In this document: in pieces, positions 9,308 to 18,173 of the stretch
Numbering within the stretch: the stretch's first letter is position 1
How the letters are laid out: the number at the start of each line of letters is the position of its first letter
Source of the DNA: a virus
DNA length: 46,459 nucleotides
Direction: 5' to 3' (one strand)
IMG/VR virus record: IMGVR_UViG_3300018476_000003
Location: 1 to 46,459 of that record
Notes under the pieces: model-generated
What the model was told of the DNA's origin: nothing
The model's input: the letters and a program-made list of their open reading frames with translations, nothing else
Databases searched by the model: none
Program-made: the position numbers and the translations under genes

Positions 9308-9341
9308 TAGGATGTAGCTATCAGTCTTGACTTCCTGATAG
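9304..9341. promoter_or_regulatory. Three CTGATAG/CTATCAG half-sites (CTGATAG-N7-CTATCAG-N10-CTGATAG) with embedded TTGACT
   Basis: Half-sites at 9304-9310, 9318-9324 and 9335-9341. TTGACT (9327-9332), 16-nt spacer, CACAAT (9349-9354). The region lies between the scaffold-like gene and the capsid block. Confidence 0.5.
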
Positions 9342-9444
9342 TTTTCTTCACAATCCCGAGCATCACCCCTCCGTCGGCTTCGGTCGATGGGGGAGTGACC
9401 CAATCCCCGGCGGCCGTCCCCCACGATGAGCCCGTCTGCACCCA

Positions 9445-9933
9445 GTGGGCAGCGGAGCGTTCGTGGAAGACCAACCGGTCGCCGCGCGCAATGGCAAGCG
9501 CGGCATCAGGCGTGAGGACCCGCCGGCACGTCCCGTCGAGGGCGTAGCCAACCGAGGCTTCCTCGAAGGGGGCGACCCCAACAAGCATTACGTGTGGGTG
9601 AGTGAGGTCAACGACCCCACCATCAACGTCGGGTACTACAAGCACCTCGGGTACAAGGTCGCGCAGTACGACCCGGACGAGGCGCGCCCCACCATCGGGT
9701 ACCAAGAGTTCGTGCAGGGGGACCCCATCAAATCGATGGGCATGGTGCTGATGGAGTGCCCGCTCGAGCGCAAGACTGCGCTCGACCAAGTCGGATGGGA
9801 CAAGGCCTCGCGCATCGAGGACACCATCCGCAACCGCGACGTCGACCCGCTCTCGCCCGAAGAGAAGCAGTCGTTCCGCGGCATCACCTCCGTGCGCACC
9901 GATCTCGACGACCGGAAGCGTTGGCAATTCTGA
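9445..9933 (+). CDS. Hypothetical head-module protein
   Basis: ORF in track with a GTG start. An alternative GTG at 9463 has GGAG 5 nt upstream. Confidence 0.55.
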   Translation: MGSGAFVEDQPVAARNGKRGIRREDPPARPVEGVANRGFLEGGDPNKHYVWVSEVNDPTINVGYYKHLGYKVAQYDPDEARPTIGYQEFVQGDPIKSMGMVLMECPLERKTALDQVGWDKASRIEDTIRNRDVDPLSPEEKQSFRGITSVRTDLDDRKRWQF

Positions 9934-9947
9934 CCCCGAGGCATTGA

Positions 9948-10613
9948 ATGGCGAACCCTCATCGTTACGGTTTCCGGTTCCTGAAGAACCGTTGGGGTGG
10001 CGACACTCCCGAGGTTTACACGGGCTTCTTCGCGAACGCCTACCAGCCGAACGTCACCGGCGCCACGACGTGTAACGTCAACATCGGCGACCCGGTGCGC
10101 ATGATGAATACCGGCGCGTTCCAGCTCACCGAGCCCGGAGAGCTGGACGATGACGACGCCAACGAGCGCACGTTCGGCATCGTGTGCGGCTTTCCGCAGG
10201 TGCTCATCAACGGCGCCGTGCGACCGAACGCCTACTACCCGACGCTCACGACGTACGGCACGAACCTGAACGCGCAGACGCTGGTGCAGGTGATTCCGGT
10301 CGAAGGCTGCGTGTGGGAAATCGACACCGCGACCACGAGCGCGAGTTTCGACACGAAGGCCGAGTATCAGGCCATCATCAACTCGGTCTGCAGCTTCAGC
10401 TACACGCAAATCAACACGACCACGAGCAACCCGAAGGCCAACCCGATGGCGGTGCTGTCCTTCGTGGAGAGCACGGAAACTCGGCAGCTGCGGGTGGTGG
10501 GCCTCGGTCGAGGCTTCGACCAGTACGACCTGACGCTGGCGAACGTGCCGCTGCAGGTGGTCTTCAACCAAGTCCAGGCAACGCCGTGGCGCATCACTGG
10601 GAACCAGGAGTAA
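9948..10613 (+). CDS. Hypothetical virion protein (decoration/cement candidate)
   Basis: ORF in track; GAGG upstream; sits directly before the capsid gene. Confidence 0.55.
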   Translation: MANPHRYGFRFLKNRWGGDTPEVYTGFFANAYQPNVTGATTCNVNIGDPVRMMNTGAFQLTEPGELDDDDANERTFGIVCGFPQVLINGAVRPNAYYPTLTTYGTNLNAQTLVQVIPVEGCVWEIDTATTSASFDTKAEYQAIINSVCSFSYTQINTTTSNPKANPMAVLSFVESTETRQLRVVGLGRGFDQYDLTLANVPLQVVFNQVQATPWRITGNQE

Positions 10614-10616
10614 GCC

Positions 10617-11528
10617 ATGAGTGAAGTCTTCACCAGCACCGCGGCCCTCGCGCTCAAAGACACGCTTGAGGACATCGACACCGACGACCACGGGTCAGAG
10701 GGCAGCAAGGCTGTCTTCCCGAAGTGGATGACGGTCAAATCGATGAGCGACAACTACATCGAGTACTACGAGGTCGCGGGCTCGGGCCTGGCGGGCGAGA
10801 AGCCCGAGGGCGAGAGCATCCCGGTCGGCACCATCATCGAGGGCCCGCTCACCCGCTTCAACACGCGCACCTACGGGCAGCGCATGATTGTCTCGGACGA
10901 AGCCCTCGAGGACATGAAGTACGACAAGGTCATCCAGGCCGCCAAGCGCAACAACCGCTCGCTCTGGAAACTGGCGGACTTCGACGCGACCCTCATCTGG
11001 GTGCGTGCGACCAACACCGCCTTCGTGGGCGGCGACGGTCAGCCGCTGGCGAGCACGGCGCACACGCTGCCGGGCGGCAGCACCTACTCGAACATGCTGG
11101 TAACGGCCATGTCCCCGAGCAAGGCATCGCTCATCATCGCCAACGCCCAGGCGATGCAGCAGGTCGGCCACGACAACCTCGTGGACGGCGTCGAGCTGAA
11201 GAAGGCCACGTTCCCGGTCCAGCAATGGGGCGTGTGGCGTGAGATTCTGGGCTCCTCGATGGACCCGACGCCGGGCGCGTACAACGCCATCAACGTCATC
11301 AACCGCGACCTCGACATCAAGCCGGTGGCCAACAAGTACTGGTCGAACACGACCACCAACTGGGCGCTCATCACGGACGCCGACTTGGGGCTCATGTGGT
11401 TCTGGCGGCGCAAGCCCAAGAGCAACACCTGGGTCACCGAGGACAAGACGATGATGAACTACGCCATCACGGCTCGCTGGAGCCGAGGCTGGGTCAACCC
11501 GCGCGCCGTCCTGTTCAGCAACGCCTGA
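10617..11528 (+). CDS. Major capsid protein (HK97-fold type)
   Basis: 303 aa. The overall pattern (FPKWMTVKSMSDNYIEY..., ...STAHTLPGGSTYSNM..., ...NTTTNWALITDADLGLMWFWRRKP...) resembles Mu/T7-size capsid families. Position after the scaffold. GGAG RBS. Confidence 0.7.
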   Translation: MSEVFTSTAALALKDTLEDIDTDDHGSEGSKAVFPKWMTVKSMSDNYIEYYEVAGSGLAGEKPEGESIPVGTIIEGPLTRFNTRTYGQRMIVSDEALEDMKYDKVIQAAKRNNRSLWKLADFDATLIWVRATNTAFVGGDGQPLASTAHTLPGGSTYSNMLVTAMSPSKASLIIANAQAMQQVGHDNLVDGVELKKATFPVQQWGVWREILGSSMDPTPGAYNAINVINRDLDIKPVANKYWSNTTTNWALITDADLGLMWFWRRKPKSNTWVTEDKTMMNYAITARWSRGWVNPRAVLFSNA

Positions 11529-11536
11529 GGAGCACC

Positions 11537-11608
11537 ATGGCCAAGAAGACCAAGAACCCGATTCCGGTGCCGCCCAAGGGTAAGAGCACCAAAGGCAAGG
11601 GCTGCTAA
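11537..11608 (+). CDS. Candidate 23-aa basic micro-ORF (MAKKTKNPIPVPPKGKSTKGKGC)
   Basis: Not in the track because it is under 60 aa. GAGGAG lies 5 nt upstream of the ATG. Its TAATG junction overlaps the next gene start. Confidence 0.3.
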   Translation: MAKKTKNPIPVPPKGKSTKGKGC

Positions 11609-12612
11609 TGTCCCTCTTTGCAAACGCCTACGGCAACTTTCTCAGCTCGGCGCTGCCTTTCTACCAGGCCATGCCGGGCATCGTCACCCCGTTCGGCACC
11701 CTGCTGAAGCCGGGCGGTCGCGTCGCGGCCTACGTGCGCAGCACCGGCGCGCAGGACGGCGAAGACCACTTCGCCTCGTCCGGCATGCTGGTGCGCACGC
11801 TCAACGATGCTCTCGCGCGCTGCCGCTCTGGCCAGAATGACATCGTGTACGTGCTGCCGGGCCACACCGAGAACGTCTCGACAGCGGACTTCTTCACGAA
11901 CCTAGTAGCGGGCACGCAGATTGTCGGCGTGGGCCGCCCGGGTTCGACGAACAACCCGAGCCTCACCTGGACGGCGACGGGCGCGACCTTCCTGCTCGAC
12001 GTGGCCAACGTGACCCTCGCAGGGCTGACGCTGAACTTCGACGGGGCGGACGCCATCGCGGCGCCCATCACGGTGACGGCGGCGGGCTGCTCGATTCTCG
12101 GGTGCCACATCAACCACGGGTCGTCCACCACGACCGACTCGCTCATCGGCATCACGGTCCACACGGGCGCCGACGACTTCACGTTCGCCAACAACTACTC
12201 CTTCACGACCAGCACGGCCGTGATTACCAACGTGCTCTCCAGCACGGCGGCGAACAACAACCTGAAGATTCTTGGCAACTACGCCAACGTGCCGCTCACG
12301 ACCACCAACGGAGCCTTCAACATCGGCACCGCCGCGGTGGTCTCGACGAACCTCGTCATGGCCTACAACCGCGTGGTCAATAAGAGCACCGGCACGGCGG
12401 GAGTGGCGAGCTTCACGGACGTCGCTCACACCGGCATGGTCCACGACAACTACAGCGGTGTCACGGCAAGCTCGGACCCGGACGCCATCACCAGCGGTAT
12501 CGTGCTGGCGGGCGTGACCAACATCCTGGTCGCCTTCTTCAACAACTTCGACTCCGCGGAGGAGAAGGGCCAGCAAGGCATCCTCGGCTTCGCAGCGGCC
12601 ACGGCCACCTAA
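11608..12612 (+). CDS. Parallel beta-helix (pectate-lyase-like) repeat protein
   Basis: LNDALARCRSGQNDIVYVLPGHTENV followed by repeated short G/N/T/V-rich rungs (VANVTLAGLTLNF..., ILGCHINHG..., FTFANNYSF...). Confidence 0.55.
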   Translation: MSLFANAYGNFLSSALPFYQAMPGIVTPFGTLLKPGGRVAAYVRSTGAQDGEDHFASSGMLVRTLNDALARCRSGQNDIVYVLPGHTENVSTADFFTNLVAGTQIVGVGRPGSTNNPSLTWTATGATFLLDVANVTLAGLTLNFDGADAIAAPITVTAAGCSILGCHINHGSSTTTDSLIGITVHTGADDFTFANNYSFTTSTAVITNVLSSTAANNNLKILGNYANVPLTTTNGAFNIGTAAVVSTNLVMAYNRVVNKSTGTAGVASFTDVAHTGMVHDNYSGVTASSDPDAITSGIVLAGVTNILVAFFNNFDSAEEKGQQGILGFAAATAT

Positions 12613-12628
12613 AGCACACGGAGATGCA

Positions 12629-12970
12629 ATGCGCAGCGTACCCCGCAACGTCGACCGAAAGGGCGAGCATCTCTCTGGATGCGACGTGTGCGGGGTACCG
12701 TATCTGCGCTCGGCGCTGCGCCGGGGCCGTGATGGGCTCCTGCGCTGCGCCAACGATACACCGGGTCGCGACGAGCTGACCCTGGCAGAACTAACAGCAT
12801 CCCGGGCGGCTACTCTCTCTCAGCAGCTCGGGATGCGGTCTATTGGCGACGGCGCCCGCCCGGATGTCGACAGCAACGGGCAGCCGTCGAGCAGCTCCAG
12901 CTACACGGGACCGACTCGGCGATACAACGCGGAGGACGTCTACAACAACGATGTGCCGACGGGGTTCTGA
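12629..12970 (+). CDS. Hypothetical protein with CxxC
   Basis: ORF in track; GGAG upstream; contains GCDVCGVPYL...LLRC. Confidence 0.5.
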   Translation: MRSVPRNVDRKGEHLSGCDVCGVPYLRSALRRGRDGLLRCANDTPGRDELTLAELTASRAATLSQQLGMRSIGDGARPDVDSNGQPSSSSSYTGPTRRYNAEDVYNNDVPTGF

Positions 12971-13699
12971 GTGAGCATCAACCCAGCCCCGTCGACTCCC
13001 ATCAGCATCAACACGCTGATTCTCCTCGCCTACAAGCGCGCGGGGATTCTGCCCGTGGAGGCGAAGCTGTCGGGCGCCAACATGGTGCCGAAGCTCGAGC
13101 ACGGCCGGCAGACGCTCGACCTCATCATCGACGAGCTGGCCACCGAGGGCTTCATCGCGCGCTCGACCGAGTTCTACGATCTCTCGATGGTGGCGGGAGA
13201 GAGCCAGTACACGCTGCCGGACACCATCCTCGATGTGTTCGAGGACGCGATGTTTGTGCCGAGCAGCAACGTCGACACCAAGCACACGACCGGGGAGATG
13301 ATTTGCAAGCAGGTGGACACCAGCACCTGGCAGACGCTGACCACCAAGGGCAGCATCTCGACGCGCCCGCAGCTGTACGTCGCGCTTCGCAGCGGCGCCA
13401 CGGTCGAGCTGCGGTTCTGGCCCGTGCCGAGCGAGGCGGGGACGATGCGCCTGAAGACCGTGCGCCTGCTCGGGACCAGCGCCGACGGGGGCAAGAACCC
13501 GGACCTGCAGCGCTACTGGTACGACGCGCTCGTCTGGTGCCTGGCCTACTACGTCGCCATCGACTCCTCGATGCCGGCGGAGAAGGTGGGGATGCTGCAG
13601 GCCATCGCCGAGGACAAGAAGAAGGCGTGTGTCCGCTACGCCTTCGAGCACACCGGTAGCCAGGCGATGGTGAGCTACCAGACCCAGTGGGGCTGCTGA
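12971..13699 (+). CDS. Head-tail adaptor / tail-tubular-A-like protein (positional)
   Basis: GTG start abuts the previous stop. 242 aa, at the position T7 gp11 occupies after the capsid. No motif proof. Confidence 0.4.
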   Translation: MSINPAPSTPISINTLILLAYKRAGILPVEAKLSGANMVPKLEHGRQTLDLIIDELATEGFIARSTEFYDLSMVAGESQYTLPDTILDVFEDAMFVPSSNVDTKHTTGEMICKQVDTSTWQTLTTKGSISTRPQLYVALRSGATVELRFWPVPSEAGTMRLKTVRLLGTSADGGKNPDLQRYWYDALVWCLAYYVAIDSSMPAEKVGMLQAIAEDKKKACVRYAFEHTGSQAMVSYQTQWGC

Positions 13700-13759
13700 T
13701 GTGTCGCGCTTCGCTACCGACCGCTGCGGCTCGTGTCTCGCCAACCGGGGGCTATCATC

Positions 13760-15373
13760 ATGCCCGCTGAGGCCCGCACCGAGCCCATCGTCTTCGGACC
13801 TACTCTCGAGACGAGCAGCGAGGAAATCAGCGGCGGAAGCCCAGAGGCTTACAACGTTGTCGTTGACGCCCGAGGAGCGCTCCGCAAGCGACCCGGGCTC
13901 GCCGCGTACACGGGTGTCGCTCCCGCTACTACCGTCGACTCGGCGGGCGTGCTCGGGCTGTACCTGACGGAGCAACGGGTAGCGCACACGACTGGAACGC
14001 CCACGGTCAGCGGGACTCACGCGGGAGTGCTGTACGCTGTAGGAGCAACCGTAAACGCCTCCGGTGGCGGTCACAACACCGGCAGGAATGTTTACCGCAT
14101 CGTAGGAGGTGCCGCGACGCTAGTCGGAACCGGCGCCGCGAATGAGGACCGCCTCGCAACGCCAGCCGCAGCGGCAACAACTCGTTTTCCACGACCCACG
14201 TTCGCAGAGACGGAAGCATTGCTCGTCATCGCAGGCGGGGCTGAGATGGGCAAGGTGGACATTCGCCCCGAGACCTTCTCGGCGCCGAACTTCACCAATC
14301 CCAATCCCGACCGCCACGAGATGAGCTTCCTCGGCGGCTGCCCGCCCTTGGCGAGCCACGTCTTCTGTAACTCCTCCCGTATCTGCGCCAACGACACGCA
14401 GCTCGACCAGACCAAGGTCCGGTACTCGGACATCACCCAGGGCATCGTGAGCTTCGCGGCGCACGAGAGCTGGGACCCGAGCCCCGGCGCCGCCGGCTTC
14501 TTCACGGCGGAGGCGCGCGCCGACAGCATCGTGGCCTGCGCCGAGAACACCAACGACATCTTCTGCTTCGGGCGCACCAGCCTGCAGCTCTTCGCCCCCG
14601 ACGGGTCCACGACCTTTGCGCCCAGCATCACGCGCGAGGTCGGGTGCTTGGCGCCGTACAGCCCGGTGAAGGTGGACGACCAGTACTGCTGGCTCGACCA
14701 CCAGACGCGCTTCATCATGAGCGACGGGCGGGAGTGGAAGGACGTGGGCGCGGCTATCCAGGCCACGCTCGACGCGCTCACCACGCCGTCTGACTGCTAC
14801 GGCTACCGCTTCAGCGAGAGCTTCGCCGACTGCGTCGTCTTCCGCTTCGAGGCGGATGACGAGACGCTCGTGCTGCAGCCGGGCATCGGCTGGGCGCGCT
14901 GGGCGCTGCACACGGCCACCACCGACGCCTTCAGCATGTTCCCGGTGCTGAGCCACCACCAGCGCCAAGACGGCGGTCTGAACGTCGTGGGGCTCGAGAG
15001 CGGCGTCATCTGCACGCTGTCGCTCGACAATACCACCGACCTCGGCGCGGCCATCGTGGCCTACGTGACCACCGGCTTCGAGGACCGCAAGAGCGACAAC
15101 CTGAAGCTGACCGTCTCGGTGCAGCTCAGCTTCAAGCGCACGCAGGCTCTCAGCGAAGGCGTCGTCTGCTACCTCGACTACCGCGACGACCTGAGCCAGG
15201 AGTGGGTGACCATCGACCTCGACCTCGGCGTCGATGACGGCGACCTCACCCCGATGCTGCAACTGCGCTCGCTCGGCACCTACCGGCGCCGGCAGTGGCG
15301 CTTCCGGTTCCCGGATGCGGCGGGGCTGCATCTCGTGCGGGCGACGGAAACCTTCCTGGTGCTGGAGAACTGA
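13760..15373 (+). CDS. Nozzle / tail-tubular-B-like protein (positional)
   Basis: ORF 13733..15373 (GTG) with an ATG alternative at 13760. About 540 aa with a beta-rich composition. Follows the adaptor-like gene. Confidence 0.45.
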   Translation: MPAEARTEPIVFGPTLETSSEEISGGSPEAYNVVVDARGALRKRPGLAAYTGVAPATTVDSAGVLGLYLTEQRVAHTTGTPTVSGTHAGVLYAVGATVNASGGGHNTGRNVYRIVGGAATLVGTGAANEDRLATPAAAATTRFPRPTFAETEALLVIAGGAEMGKVDIRPETFSAPNFTNPNPDRHEMSFLGGCPPLASHVFCNSSRICANDTQLDQTKVRYSDITQGIVSFAAHESWDPSPGAAGFFTAEARADSIVACAENTNDIFCFGRTSLQLFAPDGSTTFAPSITREVGCLAPYSPVKVDDQYCWLDHQTRFIMSDGREWKDVGAAIQATLDALTTPSDCYGYRFSESFADCVVFRFEADDETLVLQPGIGWARWALHTATTDAFSMFPVLSHHQRQDGGLNVVGLESGVICTLSLDNTTDLGAAIVAYVTTGFEDRKSDNLKLTVSVQLSFKRTQALSEGVVCYLDYRDDLSQEWVTIDLDLGVDDGDLTPMLQLRSLGTYRRRQWRFRFPDAAGLHLVRATETFLVLEN

Positions 15374-16434
15374 TGAGCGCGACCACCGGCAACTTCATCG
15401 ACGGCGGGGAGATTGACCCGTTCCCTCGCGCCACGGGTGCGCCTCTCACGCTTGCCGAGCAGGCGGCGATGGAAGAGCGCAACCGCCAGCGTCGGGTGGC
15501 GGAGAGCGCGCGCAACACCGCCAACATCAACAATCGGCGCGGCGGCTACAACGAGACGGCGGGTCGCGACTACCAGGACTCGGTCGATGCGAGCAACCGG
15601 CGCGTGCAGGAGGACCGGGTCGACCGAGGGCGCTCCGGCAAGAACATGCGTCTCGGGTTCGCTGACGCGCTCAGCCGCGACCCGGTCACGATGGGCGTGC
15701 TGGCGGGTCCTCTGTTCGCCACCGGTGCCGGCGCTGCCTTCGGCGGGCTCGGCTTCGGCGCCGGGGCGGGCACCATCGCGGCGGGGGAGGCGGTCGCTCC
15801 CGCTATCACGACCGGCGGAGCCGTGACCGTGCCGACGCTCGCTGCGCCCACTGCCGTCGGGGCAACGACTGGCACTACTGCTGCAGCCACCGCCGCGCCC
15901 GCCGCAGACGCGGCCTTCACGGTGGGCGGCGCCCTGAAGGAGGTCGCTCCCATCCTCTCTGCCGTGGCCCCGTTTGCCATCGACGCCATCGCAGGCGGCA
16001 ACACCAAGGAGCAGGACGCTCTCATCGCCAAGCAGAAGCAGATGGCGCAGGAGGCCGAGGCGCGGCGCGCTCAGGTGCAGGAGTCACGCATGAACGCGCT
16101 CGGCCAGCAGCTGCTGGCTATGAACCCGTCCAACCAGATGATGGCGCAGATGTTCGGCCCCGGCGCGGCCTACCAGCCCGAGCAGATGGCGGCGATGGTG
16201 CAGAACCCCATGCCGCCGCCGGAGATGCCTAAGGAGCTGCAGGCGCTCGAGGGCAACACCAAGCCGCTCACTCCGCAGCAGAAGGCCGCGTACGCCGCCT
16301 TCGCCAAGCAGAAGCAGCAGTACGAGCAGGGCAACCAACAGCGCACCGACATGATGATGAACGGCGTGACGCCGCCCGGCCCCGGTCCGGCACCGCTGCA
16401 GCCGCGCACCCCGCAACCGGCGAGGAAGTACTGA
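15373..16434 (+). CDS. Internal virion / ejection-type protein 1
   Basis: TGATG junction with the upstream gene. Has a central Ala/Gly/Thr-rich hydrophobic stretch and a Q/P-rich C-terminus. Confidence 0.5.
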   Translation: MSATTGNFIDGGEIDPFPRATGAPLTLAEQAAMEERNRQRRVAESARNTANINNRRGGYNETAGRDYQDSVDASNRRVQEDRVDRGRSGKNMRLGFADALSRDPVTMGVLAGPLFATGAGAAFGGLGFGAGAGTIAAGEAVAPAITTGGAVTVPTLAAPTAVGATTGTTAAATAAPAADAAFTVGGALKEVAPILSAVAPFAIDAIAGGNTKEQDALIAKQKQMAQEAEARRAQVQESRMNALGQQLLAMNPSNQMMAQMFGPGAAYQPEQMAAMVQNPMPPPEMPKELQALEGNTKPLTPQQKAAYAAFAKQKQQYEQGNQQRTDMMMNGVTPPGPGPAPLQPRTPQPARKY

Positions 16435-18173
16435 TGGCCGTCAATAGCAGCCAACTTTGGACGCAGAAAGCCCCCGCACGGACCGGAGGTCTGACGGTGT
16501 CGTCCCCAACGCAGAAGGCGTTTGGCGCTTTCGATGGCGCCAACACGACCCCGCTCCCGTCCGGGTCGACGACGCAGCGCCAGCCCTATACGGCCGCCTC
16601 GACGCTACCCGCTGGCAGCGGCACCTGGCAGGGCGGCGCGTCAGCGCAGCCCGAGAGCCACCCCGCGTTTGCAGGCTTCGACGACCCATCGCAGCGCCCG
16701 CCGCTCCAGTCGCCGGGCAACAACATGACCAACCCCGGCTACACCGAACAGGGCGTCGAGGCGGTGCAGAACCGGCTCTTGCAGGACCCGTACGCCGACC
16801 AGATGCAGGACCAGTACCAGCAGACGCAAACGCCGTCGCAGGGCGAGGACTACCTCAACAACAACCTCGGCTCCCTCGATGGCCCCGGGCAGGGCGAGCA
16901 GTACTGGCAGCAGCAGCAGGGCGCCTTCAACGGCCCCGGCATGGGCTCGTCCTTCACGCAGGGAGCGACCGACGCTTTTGACGCGCAGGGCCCTTCCGCT
17001 GCCTTCAACAACCAGGCGCAGGGGCAGTACGACGATTTCACCGGGTACGAGGGCGCGGGCAACTCGCAGGGCCAGTACGAGGCCAACGCCAGCAGCGGAC
17101 CCAACAGCTCGCAGCAGTTCTACGACCAGGCGGCAGGGGACTACGACTCGCGCGGCACCTTCAGCGACCCCAACCGCGCAGCGGGCCAGTACGAGCAGAC
17201 CCAGGGCGCCTTCGGCGACATGCCCATCGCCGAGTTCGACCCGTTCTACGACCGCGCTCGCCAGCTCGGTGTGCAGAGCTACAACCAGGACGCGGCGGGG
17301 CGCGGCGTGTACGGCTCGAGCGAGAGCCTGTCCGGCGTCGGCAACGTCATCACGGACATCGAGGCCCAGCGCGCCAACCGCAGCTTCGACGCCGAGATGC
17401 AGCGGACGCAGGAACAGCGCATGCGCCAGCAGCTGCTCGGCGAGCAGGCTCGCGCGGGCGACCTGTCGGCGCTCGGCGCCTTCGACGCCAACCTGGCGGG
17501 CACCAAGACCTACGGTGACCTCGCCAACCAGGCGGCAGGGCAGACCACCGCGCAGCAAACGATGCTCGGCAACCAGGCGGACCAGGCCGACGACAACGCG
17601 CAGGCGGCCCAGAACAGCAACATCCAGGGCATGCAAACGCTCGGGGACATCGCCCACAACGCCGACACGGACGAGACCGACCGCTACGAGGCCACCACCG
17701 GCGCCATGAACGACGCCGAGCGCACCGACACGGACCGCCGACGCGCGGGCGCCGACATCGCCAACATGGCGGACGACAACGCGCGCGACGACTTCACCGC
17801 GTCGACCGGCGCGGCAGTGGACTCGGCCAACGTGCGCGACCAGCGCATCGACACCGGCATCCAGGCGGGCGACGTGGGCAGCGACAACGACCTGGCTCGC
17901 CTCGACGAGTTCGGCGACCAGACGGGCCAGGCCGAGGACGACCGCCAGGCGCGGATGCAGTCGGAGATTGACGCAACCCTCGGCAGGGACTCCATGGCGG
18001 CCAACCTCGTTGGCAAGGCGATGGAGGGCCTCATGGGCGCCGACCAGGAAGCTTTCGACGACAAGTGGGCCAAAGAGATTCTCCCCGCGCTGCAGGCCGC
18101 CAACCTGAGCGAGCAGGACCAAGAGCGGTTCTACCAGCTGCTCCAGAGCGTAGTCACCCAGGTGACGGACTAA
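16434..18173 (+). CDS. Internal virion / ejection-type protein 2 (Q/D/G/A low complexity)
   Basis: TGATG junction; 579 aa; strongly biased composition. Confidence 0.5.
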   Translation: MAVNSSQLWTQKAPARTGGLTVSSPTQKAFGAFDGANTTPLPSGSTTQRQPYTAASTLPAGSGTWQGGASAQPESHPAFAGFDDPSQRPPLQSPGNNMTNPGYTEQGVEAVQNRLLQDPYADQMQDQYQQTQTPSQGEDYLNNNLGSLDGPGQGEQYWQQQQGAFNGPGMGSSFTQGATDAFDAQGPSAAFNNQAQGQYDDFTGYEGAGNSQGQYEANASSGPNSSQQFYDQAAGDYDSRGTFSDPNRAAGQYEQTQGAFGDMPIAEFDPFYDRARQLGVQSYNQDAAGRGVYGSSESLSGVGNVITDIEAQRANRSFDAEMQRTQEQRMRQQLLGEQARAGDLSALGAFDANLAGTKTYGDLANQAAGQTTAQQTMLGNQADQADDNAQAAQNSNIQGMQTLGDIAHNADTDETDRYEATTGAMNDAERTDTDRRRAGADIANMADDNARDDFTASTGAAVDSANVRDQRIDTGIQAGDVGSDNDLARLDEFGDQTGQAEDDRQARMQSEIDATLGRDSMAANLVGKAMEGLMGADQEAFDDKWAKEILPALQAANLSEQDQERFYQLLQSVVTQVTD

